64,000 nt of DNA from Zootoca vivipara (taxonomy: Eukaryota), in the NCBI RefSeq assembly GCF_963506605.1, contig NC_083288.1, positions 28,706,001-28,770,000 on the forward strand. The letters are read 5' to 3'. Under the pieces are notes generated by a model that did no database searches, was not told the DNA's origin, and was given only the letters and a program-made list of their open reading frames with translations. This document shows, one piece after another, positions 36,428 through 49,022 of the stretch. A program made the translations under genes and the position numbers. How positions within the stretch are numbered: position 1 is the stretch's first letter; every line of letters starts with the position of its first letter.

Positions 36428-38228
36428 TTAATGTCATAATACTGATATTATAATAGAAGCTGCAAAGTTCCCTTACATTGAATGTGTAAATTCTTAAACT
36501 GAAAATTAGTAGAAATTCCAACAAATGTGTAGCTCTAGACAACTATACGGAATGAAACAAATTTCAAATAAATGTTCCCTTAATCCTGTTAAAATAATTT
36601 CCAAGAGGAAAAGAAAGATGTCATTCACCAGAAGCACCATATGAAATTTCTAAGACATTTCTACACTACTCACTTTTCTAATATAAAGAGAGCTGAGGTA
36701 GTAGTAGGTCACTTCCTTTACAAGCACTGAGTCTACAGAGAAATAGTCATAATGTAATTCATTTGTTCAAGGAAGTCTCTACTATGGTTGTAATGTTCAA
36801 ACTGTGTAATGTTCAAACATCTTACTACAAAGATGGAACAAAGAAGAATACAGTAGGTGGAGCATTCATGTTATGCTTGCGAAAAGCTCATGTAACACCA
36901 GCTTGACAGTGAGAAGCGCTGATGAGAAGCACTGAACTGAAAATGCATGACAATGCATGACAAAACTTGTGCTCCTATGAGAAATATTAGACCTCCATTT
37001 AGAAGAAATATTACCTTTACAACTGGACTTTTTATCTGACTGCAATACTATATCAATTTTTCAAGTAAGCATTGAATTTAATGGGACTTCTGAGTAGAAA
37101 AATATAGAATTGCATTCATTTATTTCATTATTACCATATATCTGGATGCTTCCACACAATTATTTAGTGGATTTATTTGCTTTCACTAGCACATTAACGG
37201 TGGGGGAATGGGACAGATATTGAATTCACTTGGAAAAAAATATTAAATTTATTTCCTTCCACCATTTTCCAAGGTGTGTAGAATGAAATGTTTGCAATTG
37301 ATTGAAAGTATTTCTGGTTGCTGTTTAATTGCTTCACCCTCATTCTGAATTTACATCATTCAACCTGCTTCCCTGAAATGGTGATCTTAAGAGAAAGAGC
37401 ACTGTGAATGGCCAAAATACAAATTATTTGTGTAAAAAAAGTGTTCTCGTTATATTAAAAAAAAATCCAAACTTGCATGCATTTTCCATAGTTCAACACA
37501 AAGTCCCACTGATTTGTGTGGCAATATTTTAAAATGTGCTTAACACTTCTGTTTAAAAAAATAAAAATGGACTTTTAAAATGTATAAATGTGTAACATGT
37601 AATTTGGAATACTTCATGGCACAACCATGCTAGTCCACACAAGAACAGTGAGAAAGAAGTGACCACAAATATTTAAAAAATGCATAGAAACATCAACAAA
37701 ATAGGTTATAATTTACTGGTTGTTTTTTTTACTCACTGAAGATTGGAGGTGGAATCATGGAAAAGATCCTTCAGAGCATTGTGCATTTCTCGCCCTTCCC
37801 CTGCAAAATAATTTAAAAAAAGCTACATCAAGGATGCTGTTCCATTTAGCAAAAATCTGCAAAATGACCCAAAGGTAATTCAAGAGGTTTCAAGAGGCAG
37901 AACATTTGAAGAGATAGTGACTTTCTTGTCATGTTAAAAACTAGTACTTTACATATGTCCCTAAAATTCTGAACAGTTTTTATCTTAGCATTTAAAAATC
38001 CTCTTCAAATAAAAGTCTCACAATGAATGCCTGAGATTAGCTACAGCATTTATAGTTCCTGACTTCCCTTGGTCTGATGTTTCTATAGTTTTATGTGACT
38101 GCTTTTATTTATATAGATTCAGGTTTACATGTGAGTAAATAAATACATGTAAATCACAGTCATTTCCACAAATAGGTAAAGATGAAGATGACTTTATTAG
38201 TTCTGACTTGTATTTCTTCTTTGTGGGT

Positions 38229-38260
38229 TCCCACATGTACTAATCTCCATTGACTAATTT
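38229..38260 (-). promoter_or_regulatory. Putative OR6 promoter module
   Basis: AAATTA-G-TCAATGGAGA-TTAGT-ACATGTGGGA. Confidence 0.6.
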
Positions 38261-38974
38261 GTTTTACATTTAAAAAGGAAAACTTTAAGCATTCAACATG
38301 TAAATCCCTAGGTTTTGATCACCACCACATGCTAAGTGTCATGAACAGGCTCCTACAGGGCCTCCTACAGTCACCTAATGGGACCCCACCAGCTCATCTT
38401 AGAACTGAGTTGCGTCTTCCCTTGATAGCAGTCATAATTGATCTAACCTAAATGATGTAGACCTTTGAAGACCATATTCTTACCATGCTCTGCTTGTTGG
38501 AGCAACTAAGGACAGGAGGTTTGGCACAGAAGTGTCAAGACAATCTTAGGCTTTATAATCTCCAAACGAATAAATATTTATCACTTAGTTTATGTGAACT
38601 TAGAACTTGGAACTTCAGCTATGGTGTTAACCAATTTAAAAATCCATTTTTGCTGCCTGTTATTCTATTCAATACCCTCAAATTAAGAATCACCATTCAA
38701 GGCCTCACTACCTTGAAAGTTTGACTTGTTCACAATTATATAGGGCCTTTGTAGAACTTAGGTTTCAACAGATGCCTTCAGCATATTTAGAGGGGAAATA
38801 CATTGGAATAGCTCATATGGAATGGAAATGCATTTATGGATGTAATGAGGTTGAGGATATAATGTACTGTTCATTGTTTTTATAAATTTATAAATAGTGC
38901 TCAGAGATTTTTTTAAAACTTCTATTCTTTATTGATTCTCAGTTTTGATCCTGGCTACGCCCCTGAGGTATTTC

Positions 38975-39535
38975 CTATCCGTTGATGTCAAACCAGCGTA
39001 CCACACCATAATGAAAGGACACTTTCTATTGTGAACTGGTAGAAGAAGATAATCAAATGCTGATTGACATCATTCTTTCGCAATCACAATCGTTGATTGA
39101 CATCGTTCTTTCACAACACTCTGAGGAAATGGAGTCTCTGTTGGGCTTTCTTAACCACCTGGGTTGTATTGATTTTCCAAGTAAGGTCTTCACTGAGATA
39201 AACTCCTAGAAATTTAAAGGAAGAGACTCTCTCCACACAGCCCTTCCCAATGTACAACGGGGCTAGTTCTCCTCTCTTCCTCCGGAAGTCCAACACCATC
39301 TCCTTTGTCTTGCTGATATTAAGGTGCAAGTTGTTCTCTAGGCACCATGTAGATATTTTTTGGACCTCCCCTCTATATGCTGATTCGTCTCCACCTGTTA
39401 TTAAACCCATTATGGTGATGTCATCTGCAAACTTAATAATTGCAGTAGATGGGTCAGATGATACACAGTCGTATGTACACAATGAATACAGGTAGGGACT
39501 TAGCACACATCCCTGTGGTATGCCAGTGGTGATTT
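38975..39535 (-). mobile_element. Rex1/Babar LINE reverse transcriptase fragment
   Basis: GIPQGCVLSP, KFADD, NISKTKEMVLDFRRK, SFKFLGV motifs. Confidence 0.88.
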
Positions 39536-39795
39536 TTGAAACCATGCCAGAACAATTTTTGTCACTCTGAGAAGGTATCCATACAAATAGGCTTGCAGAT
39601 AGATTTGAATTCATATCCTACATGGTCAGTCTCATTCTTTCCAAGCAATTTATCTGTCTTATCAAGACATGGGATTACAATAATTATGAAAGTCCAAGTA
39701 ACAGTGACCAACATGATGCAAACCACCCTGTTATTTATCTGTATAGTACTCACAGATTGGTGACAACAGTGTTTCAGTCACGAGCCATGAATGAT
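39536..39795 (-). pseudogene. OR relic (TM3 end to ECL2) abutting a Rex1 LINE fragment
   Basis: Degenerate MA.D motif near 39790, then NRVVCIMLVTVTWTFIIIVIPCLDK...GKNETDHVGYEFKSICKPICMDT, matching OR7 NRTVCILLATSTW...VPCLAK...GNNEVDHIGCEFKSMFKLICTDT. Confidence 0.85.
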
Positions 39796-40448
39796 GCAAA
39801 ATCTTTTTGCAACAATTGTAATTCCCCCTCCTTCTCCCTTGAAAATCACATTTCTCCTCTTTTATTTCATTTTGTGGATTCAGCCAAAATGTCTGCTCCC
39901 CACCCAAAGATAGAACCCATCAACTAAAATGAAAGGAAGCCAGTCTTAGGAGGGAGCCAAAAGCAGGTAACAGCCTGTCAGTCTGCTGCTGAGATGCAAT
40001 CACTATTTCCCCCAAAGTTATATTTTTGAGTTTCAGTTCTCGAACTAGCAAGTGTTTATACCATTATGTCCAACTTGTGGAGCACCCAAGATGTAATATT
40101 TGTTCTTATCGCAGGATCATTAATTGAGGTTCCTGGGCAAATTCTATATTCAAGAATGGGCCACCAGTATTGTGACTCTGCTGGGCCAGAGAAAAAGCTG
40201 TTGATATGTTTATAAGACAGGGAGAATAAAAATAACACCACAGCTACGTTCACATTCTGTAGGTAATTATATTTTTGGATAGGATATGCCATAACATGAA
40301 TGTTAATTTTACATTCCTGTTACATTTGTGGTATATTTCCATTTCATTGCCAAAAACAGTAAAAAGAAGTGACACTATGGGACAATCAGGGAAATATTGC
40401 TTCACATTATGAAGGAACAATGCAACTAAAACAGCTGCATAAACAAGT

Positions 40449-41396
40449 TTAGTATGTGATGCCTGGCTTTTTGTTACCTAAAAGTCTCTTCAGTGCACCC
40501 AAAACTTCCTGGTTTCTGAGTGTGCAAACTAAAGGGTTAAACACAGGTGTAAGCACTGCACTGAATGCTGCGAGTACTTTTTCCATCTCATGAGTCTTCT
40601 CATTCTGAGGGAAAAGGTAGACAAATATGGCTGTGCCATAGTACATAGTCACTACCGCCAGGTGAGACCCACATGTAGAGAAAGCCTGCATTCTGCCTCC
40701 TTCTGAGTGCATTCTTACAATGGCTGCTAGAATGCGCATATAGGAGAAAAGGATAAAACTAAGGGGAAGAATTAGTGACAAAGTACTGGTGAAGTATACG
40801 ATTATTTGGCTCATAGAGGTATCCGTACAAATGAGCTTAAACATAGATTTGAATTCACATCCTATATGGTCCACCTCATTGTTTCCGCAAAACCTAGCTG
40901 GCTTAGCAAGACAAGGCACTACTGTTATAAGAAAGGCTGCCATCCATGTAGAAGTTGCCAACAAGATGCACACTGTCCTGTTAATAATGAGTGTGTAGCA
41001 CAGTGGATTGGAGATGGCAATGTATCGGTCATAAGCCATGACAGCCAGGAAGAAACATTCGGTTGTACCAAATAAGAGAATAGAATACATTTGTGTGTAG
41101 CATGCAGCAAGAGACATTACAGGCCTGTCCACTAAGCAGTTGGCTATAGATTGTGGGAGTGACGTTGTTGTGAGGCAGAGGTCAATAATGGACAAATTGC
41201 AGAGGAAAAAATACATGGGGTTGTGGAGCCGTGGGTCACATATGACTACCACAACAATAAGTCCATTCCCAAGAACTGTTATGAAGTAGGAAATTATAAA
41301 AACTGTCATTAAAACCATCCTTGACTTGGGTCGACCTGACCAGCCGATGAGGATAAATTCAGACACAGCTGTTTCATTTTCGCCTACTTCCTGCAT
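40449..41396 (-). CDS. Olfactory receptor OR7, 315 aa (atypical NPLVC in TM7)
   Basis: OR motifs present. Track start 41420 is TTG; the ATG at 41396 follows acceptor ttttcttttgctacattccag. Confidence 0.93.
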   Translation of the reverse strand: MQEVGENETAVSEFILIGWSGRPKSRMVLMTVFIISYFITVLGNGLIVVVVICDPRLHNPMYFFLCNLSIIDLCLTTTSLPQSIANCLVDRPVMSLAACYTQMYSILLFGTTECFFLAVMAYDRYIAISNPLCYTLIINRTVCILLATSTWMAAFLITVVPCLAKPARFCGNNEVDHIGCEFKSMFKLICTDTSMSQIIVYFTSTLSLILPLSFILFSYMRILAAIVRMHSEGGRMQAFSTCGSHLAVVTMYYGTAIFVYLFPQNEKTHEMEKVLAAFSAVLTPVFNPLVCTLRNQEVLGALKRLLGNKKPGITY

Positions 41397-41533
41397 AAAG
41401 GCTGACCTGGAATGTAGCAAAAGAAAAATACAATGTGAATAATTTGAAAATGGCTATACTTAAGCAAATTTAGAATAACAGCACTCTAGTTCACACAGTT
41501 CACTCAGAACTGCCAACAACAACGTATGCCATC

Positions 41534-42106
41534 CTTTATCTGGGCTCCATGATCACTGCAGATGGTGACAGCAGTCACGAAATTGAAAGACGCCTGCTTC
41601 TTGGCAGAAAAGCAATGACAAACCTAGACAGCATCTTAAAAAGCAGAGACATCACCTTGCCGACAAAGGTCCGTATAGTTAAAGCTATGGTTTTCCCAGT
41701 AGTGATGTATGGGAACTGGACCATAAAGAAGGCTGATCGCCGAAGAATTGATGCTTTTGAATTATGGTGCTGGAGGAGACTCTTGAGAGTCCCATGGACT
41801 GCAAGAAGATCAAACCTATCCATCCTGAAGGAAATCAGCCCTGAGTGCTCACTGGAAGGACAGATCGTGAAGCTGAGGCTCCAATACTTTGGCCACCTCA
41901 TGAGAAGAGAAGACCCTGATGTTGAGGAAGATTGAGGGCACAAGGAGAAGGGGACGACAAAGGACGAGATGGTTGGACAGTGTTCTCGAAGCTATGAACA
42001 TGAGTCTGACCAAACTGCGGGAGGCAGTGCAAGACAGGAGTGCCTGACATGCTCTGGTCCATGGGGTCACGAAGAGTCGGACACGACTAAATGACTAAAC
42101 AACAAT
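41534..42106 (+). mobile_element. RTE-BovB LINE, 5'-truncated, in the inferred OR7 5' intron
   Basis: ITADGDSSHEIERRLLLGRKAMTNLDSILKSRDITLPTKVRIVKAMVFPVVMYG is the typical BovB C-terminus; 3' end cacgactaaa...aacaacaa. Confidence 0.92.
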
Positions 42107-44053
42107 TAACACACAAACACACACACCCCAAAATAAAGATAGGTGCACTGGGCTTTTCATAGATGAGAAGCAGGTAGGATCTAAATATTTTGCTTCCCTT
42201 TGGAAGGTATAGAAGTTTATAGGTATGGAAGTTTGCAAAACATTTGGGTGACAGACTCTTACACAACCAAAATGGAACACATGCTAAACTTTCTAAAATG
42301 GCACCAAAGTGCAAATGTGAAATATTTCTTGCATCAAGTAAGCATGAACTGCTCAAGGACCATTCCCTATATTTACCATGTGTGTGTCATATGAACATTA
42401 GAAGAGCCTGGCTGAAGCAGTTCAAAGTTTCTCATGTTTTTCCCCCAATCAGCTCTAGGAGTTCGCAACAAAGGTCCTCACAAAAACTCATCAGCATTTT
42501 GGTATGCATTCTCCTATAATACACATTGAATGCACATTTGCTAAATGTGCAGATATGCTATTTTCCCAAATGAGTCCATTTTCAGGCATACGTTCCTCCA
42601 GTATAAGCATTTTTTGTAGACAGTTTTTGGTTGTACACAGAGTTTTTCATTGCAAAATTCAGATAGGTGCAAATAGAATAACAAGTGATGGGGAAAGAAG
42701 AAAATGAATCCTCTCTTTATGCTATGCCTCTGCTCCCCACAAACATTATGAGCTAGCACATATCTACTCAGAAGTAAATCCTATTGTTTTCATTGTAGCT
42801 TGCTTACTCCCTGGTAAAAATGCATAGGATTTCAGCATTGGAAAAGAGTTTCTGTGAGTTCTTCGATTAAATATTTAAGCAGTTCAATAAATAGATTTTG
42901 TTGACTCAAATGATATCTCTTATAACAACAACAACATTTATATGCCCCCCATCTGAATGCATTGCCCCACCCACTATGTGCAGCTTCTAATAAAATATTT
43001 TAAAAACAAACAAACACAGAAACATTCAAATCCTCCCAGTACAGGGTAGCCTTAATATGTCTTCTAAAAGTCAAATAGATGATTATTTCCTTAACATCTG
43101 ATGGGAGGGCATTCCATAGGGAAGGCATGGCTAACGAGAAGGGTGTCATGAGGAAATCTATATAATATTCATCTTCGTGGACCAAGTTAGATTGTACTTA
43201 TTCTAGCATGAGAACAACATCAACCAAGCATTTTCTGCAAAATGCCCATTAAAAACAAATAAACTACTGTAAGATAAATTAAGAAAATTACTTTTGCTAG
43301 TCAAACAGGGAAGAAGACTGTTTTGGGGGTGCAACTGTCACATCCCTAGAGCCCCCTGCACCACTTTCTGTTATATCTCAAAGGTTTCTCAACCCTCTGT
43401 ATCAGATTTTAAAATGGAAACTGGTGCTGTACTGAAAAGGCTGACCATCTAGGGTTTTTAATGTAGAACCGGGAGGAGGGAAAATAGATGTTTGCATAAA
43501 TCATACAGGGGGAATTAATGGAAATTTATGAATTCAAACAAAAATAAAGATAATCACAATGAGGTCAGTAATGAGTAAGAAAATTCACTACTTGCCTTTT
43601 TAAGGCCTTTTCATAGCAGATATCACCATCCTTTAGGCTGACAATATCCAACTGTCTTTTGAATTCTTATCTTAATTGGTATAACTCTTATCTCTAAGCT
43701 GAATTGTAGCAAGTTGATTTTTTAAAAAATCATGCAAAATGTCCCCGAAGCCAATATAAATGTGTTTCAAATGTCAGAAGCCCTGCTTTGAAATAGTTTC
43801 CTACTTAATAAAAATGCACTTTAATCAGACGTTACTTTAAATATAGAATTGTGTACTAATGGCTAAGGAAACAACACATACATTTATAAGTAGAAAAAGT
43901 GCAAGTAAGATGCTGCAGTGTAATTCCCTTACTAGCATCAATATAAATGGATGGAGAAATAACTATTTCCTCCTTAACAAGAGTTTTTATCTGAGAAAAC
44001 TTTGTCTCGTATGTGATTTTTAAAAAGAAAAAAGTTACACTTTGCTTTCCTAT

Positions 44054-44085
44054 TCCCTTTAGGCATGCTCCCAAATGTCTCGTTA
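44054..44085 (-). promoter_or_regulatory. Putative OR7 promoter module
   Basis: TAACGA-G-ACATTTGGGA-GCATG-CCTAAAGGGA. Confidence 0.65.
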
Positions 44086-44199
44086 CTTCACAAAGTTATT
44101 CTTATCTAAAACTTCAAGTCATAGTGAATATCAGTAATGTGGTTAATTTGAAATTAAAGTGAATTCGAGAAAGTTTTGAAATTCTGCCAGTAAAATGTC

Positions 44200-44980
44200 A
44201 ATTTTTTCTTTCCTTTGTGTTTCTATAAGTTTTGTGAAAGACTAGAAGGACGCGTAGGAGAAAATATTCAATGATGTCCCTTCTTCTATTTTCATGGTTC
44301 ATTTTACAGATCATAAACCCCTGCATATTTTACAAAAACTATACCATTCAGTATTCCATTATTGCATACATCAAAACTTATTTCCATTGTTGAATTTATC
44401 TCAGTGCTGCCAGCTGTTCACAGTTATTACCTATATATTCAATAAACATTCTTTATGTTCTTCTTGTTCTCTTATTCTATAAGTTAAGTCTGCAAGATGA
44501 GGATATTCTGTTAACTTAAGTTGCCATTCTTCTTTGGTTGGGACCTTGCTCATTTTCCATTTTGGGGCTAACAAAACACGGTCCACGGTAGTAGCATACA
44601 TAAATAACCTTTTTTGACACCTAGGAATTGTGAGCTTATGTCCGAAAAACCATTTTTCCTATATAATTTAAACATTTCATGTAACTGATGGTATTGTAAC
44701 CAATCCAACACATGGCTCCTTACATTTTCCATTGATTTCAGTTTGGGTTCCTCCCCTGTAAAGTGCAACAATTCCCTGTAAGTTGCCCACTGTCGATCCA
44801 TATTAACTCTCTTAATTGTAATAGACTCGATAGGAAATAGCCATGAAGGTGTTTTCCTTTCCAGCAGATTTTTATATTTCTCCCAAACTCTATACAGATT
44901 CTTCCTAAGAATATGGTTCATAAAACTTTTATAAATTTTCATCTTCCCATACCAAAGGCATGCATGCCAGTCAAATTTTA
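44200..44980 (-). mobile_element. L1/Tx1-like LINE ORF2 C-terminal fragment
   Basis: FDWHACLWY...NHILRKNLYRVWEKYK..., T-rich plus strand typical of reversed L1-clade copies. Confidence 0.6.
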
Positions 44981-44992
44981 ATGTCTGCATTA

Positions 44993-45520
44993 AGATAGAT
45001 AGATAGATGATAGATAGATAGATAGATAGATACTTTATTGTCATTGTAAATACAGTAGTACAACGAAATTGAATGCCATCCCATGAAAAAACAAAACAAA
45101 AACACATTTTCAGCCACACACCCACACATACATACACACCCATCACAACTCCCCAAAATCATATTATTTAGTTACAGCATTTAAGATGGTTGTAGCTCTT
45201 GGATAGAAACAGTTTTTTTTAATCTATTCATTCTTGATTTAATTGTTCTGTATCTCTTGCCCAAAGGCAACGGTGCAAAAAGACTATATCCAGGATGAGA
45301 TGAATCTTGTAAAATATCATTTGCTTTTTTAAGGCAACAGGAATTGTATAGTTCTTCCAGAGATGGGAGAGGATGACTGATAATCTTTTGAGCTGTGGTT
45401 ATGACCTTCTGGAGAACCTTTCCTGTCCATGACTGTGCAGCTGGAAAACCAAGCACAGATACAGTATGTGAGAATGCTGTCTATGGAGCCTCGGTATAAG
45501 GACACCAGCAGTCTCTCACT
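44993..45520 (-). mobile_element. Rex1/Babar LINE 3' end with (TATC)n tail
   Basis: YRGSIDSILTYCICAW...LPSLEELY...DSSHPG...GKRYR; AATAAA followed by tatc repeats. Confidence 0.8.
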
Positions 45521-45526
45521 GTGCAG

Positions 45527-47256
45527 CTGTGAAAGAGGCAAAATCCATACTGGGATAATTAGGACAGGAAGTGAAACTACAATTGCTGATATCACAATGC
45601 TATTATACAAATCTCTGGTACAAATTGGAGTATTGTGCACAGTTCTGGTTACCTGAGTTCTTCAGAAAAGGACAACAAAAATGATCAAGTGCAGCAACTG
45701 CCCTGTGAGGAAAGGTTGCAACATTTGACACTTTTAGTTTAGAAACAAGGAGAGTAAGTGGTGACAAGATAGACATTTATTTTATTTTTAATTTTTTTAT
45801 ACTTTTCAAGTTTATACATTTCACTAATTTTACAATCATTTCAACATTTCAAAACTTGACTTCCTTCCCCCTCTTTCTGCAGTTCCTTAAATTTATTTTT
45901 AATATCTTCTGCATATCCAAATTAACTTGATGTGCTCATTTATGCATCTTCTTTAAATATATACTCTTGTGAAACTGCAGGTTATTACAATAATTTTGCC
46001 AATGTTCTTATCTGTTTACAATGTTATCTTTAAATATTCAATAAGCCATTTCTATCCTTTTTAAAAAAGTTTGTTATCTTGATTTTTTATTCTTCCGGTA
46101 AGTTTTGCCATTTCTGCATATTCCATAAGTTTTTGTATCCATTCTTCCTTTGCTGGGACTTCTGCTTCTTTCCATTTCGGGGCAAGTAACATTCTTGCCG
46201 CAGTAGTAGCATACATAAATAAGTTTCTATACAGTTTAGGTCACTATAATTCCCAAAAGAAAAGCTTCTAGTTTTTGTTACGAATGTTATTTTAAATATC
46301 CTTTCGATTTCATTATATATCATTCCTCAGAAATGAAAAGATAGACGTTTCTAAAATGATGCATGGGATAGAGAAAATGGATCATTTTTGTTGTCCTTTT
46401 CTGTGAAAGAGGCAAAATCCATACTGGGATAATTAGGACAGGAAGTGAAACTACAATTGCTGATATCACAATGCTATTATACAAATCTCTGGTACAAATT
46501 GGAGTATTGTGCACAGTTCTGGTTACCTGAGTTCTTCAGAAAAGGACAACAAAAATGATCAAGTGCAGCAACTGCCCTGTGAGGAAAGGTTGCAACATTT
46601 GACACTTTTAGTTTAGAAACAAGGAGAGTAAGTGGTGACAAGATAGACATTTATTTTATTTTTAATTTTTTTATACTTTTCAAGTTTATACATTTCACTA
46701 ATTTTACAATCATTTCAACATTTCAAAACTTGACTTCCTTCCCCCTCTTTCTGCAGTTCCTTAAATTTATTTTTAATATCTTCTGCATATCCAAATTAAC
46801 TTGATGTGCTCATTTATGCATCTTCTTTAAATATATACTCTTGTGAAACTGCAGGTTATTACAATAATTTTGCCAATGTTCTTATCTGTTTACAATGTTA
46901 TCTTTAAATATTCAATAAGCCATTTCTATCCTTTTTAAAAAAGTTTGTTATCTTGATTTTTTATTCTTCCGGTAAGTTTTGCCATTTCTGCATATTCCAT
47001 AAGTTTTTGTATCCATTCTTCCTTTGCTGGGACTTCTGCTTCTTTCCATTTCGGGGCAAGTAACATTCTTGCCGCAGTAGTAGCATACATAAATAAGTTT
47101 CTATACAGTTTAGGTCACTATAATTCCCAAAAGAAAAGCTTCTAGTTTTTGTTACAAATGTTATTTTAAATATCCTTTCGATTTCATTATATATCATTCC
47201 TCAGAAATGAAAAGATAGACGTTTCTAAAATGATGCATGGGATAGAGAAAATGGAT
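45527..47256 (+). repeat. Tandem duplication of an 856-bp unit (45527-46382 and 46401-47256)
   Basis: Near-identical copies at period 874; one mismatch seen (46282 g vs 47156 a). Confidence 0.95.
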
Positions 47257-47264
47257 GTGGAAGA

Positions 47265-47266
<2 letters not shown>

Positions 47267-47306
<40 letters not shown>
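47267..47306. repeat. (CT)n microsatellite
   Basis: Direct reading. Confidence 0.9.
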
Positions 47307-47308
<2 letters not shown>

Positions 47309-47619
47309 CTAGAACTCTTGGGCATCCATTTAAACAGAATGTTGGCAAATTCAGAACAGAAAAGGGAAAGTACTTCTATATACAACACATAGTTAAACTA
47401 TGAACTTGCTCCCACAGGAGGCAGCCAATGGCCACCAACATGGATAGCTTTAAAAGAGGATTGGACATATTCACAGAGGAAATTTCAGAAGACCTCGACA
47501 AACTCTTGCTTGTTTACATTGTTTTGTACAGGGAGTTCTCCAAACTCACCATGAAAACTAGTTGTAGGCAACCCATTAAAATTTCTGCTAATTAAAACTA
47601 CTGTAATAAATTCAAACAG

Positions 47620-47651
47620 TAATGAGGCAATAGAGAATCTGCTCAGAGGGA
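47620..47651 (+). promoter_or_regulatory. Putative OR8 promoter module (plus orientation, matching its gene)
   Basis: TAATGA-G-GCAATAGAGA-ATCTG-CTCAGAGGGA. Confidence 0.6.
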
Positions 47652-49022
47652 ATAAAAAACAGTAAGTAAATAAGTATGTAAATAAAATGCTATGCCATAG
47701 TTTCTTAAATAAAATCTCCCACTGAAAACCAGATAGCTGTTTCTCCATTCATTTGCACAGATGATATGGGGAGTCTTATTCAAGCAGTATGTCTGCATTT
47801 TTCTTTCTTTTTATGAATCTGCAATTGCTGACTCCTTAAACACACAAGGCAATCCAAAAACAGTGGGTTATCTTCTTCTGTGTTCAATGAGATTTAAGAA
47901 GGCAAGAATAATTTTTGCTTACTTTTCGTTGTCCTCATTATAATAATTCTCATTCAGTCTGTTTGGTAGTAAGTGTCATTGCTTATGCAGACACATTTAT
48001 TTTAAATTGTTTATTTCTTTTTCTTTTTTCTTTAATCCTAAAATACTCCTATCCCACTTTTGGAATGAAGAAAGATAAATTTATCACAAGGCTTGTGGTG
48101 GGGGTGAGAACCAAAGGTTTAGCAGTTGTGCACAATTTTCTTTTTAGGATAAAAACCCCAAGTGGGTAATCCCTGAGGTAGCTCAATAAGGAATAAACTT
48201 CATGTTCAGTGGCCAGTGGAATGCTGACTCACTATTCGAGGAGGGTAGCAAAATATGCAAAACTCAGTTGGAAAAGAAATGGAATAGAAGTATCCTGGGT
48301 GATGGCTTAGCTGACTGACTATTGTCATTGGGGTGGTTTTCTCTCAGTTATTTGGCAGGCTCTATTACCAGACTCTTCCTTGAATTATCAACATAATTAA
48401 ACAGAAGTTAATGTATTTTTTATATGCATGGAAATAAAGCCGTGGTCTTATGAATACCTCCCTGGAACTAAGCTTCACAGAACATAGCAGCAATTTCTGA
48501 TGTGTAAAATAGCATTGTGTTACAAAAAAGTGCAATATAACTTACTATTTGGGTAAGTTTAAAATATCGTGACGAAATATGCTTTTCAATCTATTGTTGT
48601 TTCTGATTCTGTTCATTACATCTTCCTACAATATGATATAGAAAATATACATATATGTGTTGTGTTATAAGACTGATAAATTGTCAAAATCCTGGGATAT
48701 CTTTCTTGAAAGATTTTATAGGCTCAATGAAAAGAATCGGTGTTAGACACAGTTGCAACTTTCAGCCTTGCATATCAGTTTGAAGGTTAGCCTAGAATCT
48801 TCTCCCACTGTTTATTGTTTTTAAGTGGGGAATCGAGAGGCAACCTATCATGCAATCTTCTACAGTGCAGCAAAACATCTACAGCAGCATCTCCTGCTTG
48901 TGTATGAACTACAATTCCAAAATAGACCAAGCATGGTACACAATAGTTTGATCTAATTAAATGTATTTAAATGTACTAAAATATAATATATATAATATAT
49001 AATATATTTCAGATCCATCTTC

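Larger units (their letters stand above)
45527..47480 (+). mobile_element. CR1 LINE 3' fragment interrupted by an antisense L1-like piece and partly tandem-duplicated
   Basis: LYKSLV...EYCAQFW and EERL..L..FSLE.RR-like CR1 motifs; insert flanked by aagatagac(a/g)ttt. Confidence 0.7.

Noticed and set aside
36919-36950. Second CUGAUGA...GAAA hammerhead candidate
   Set aside because: No stem II or stem I pairing around the core words.
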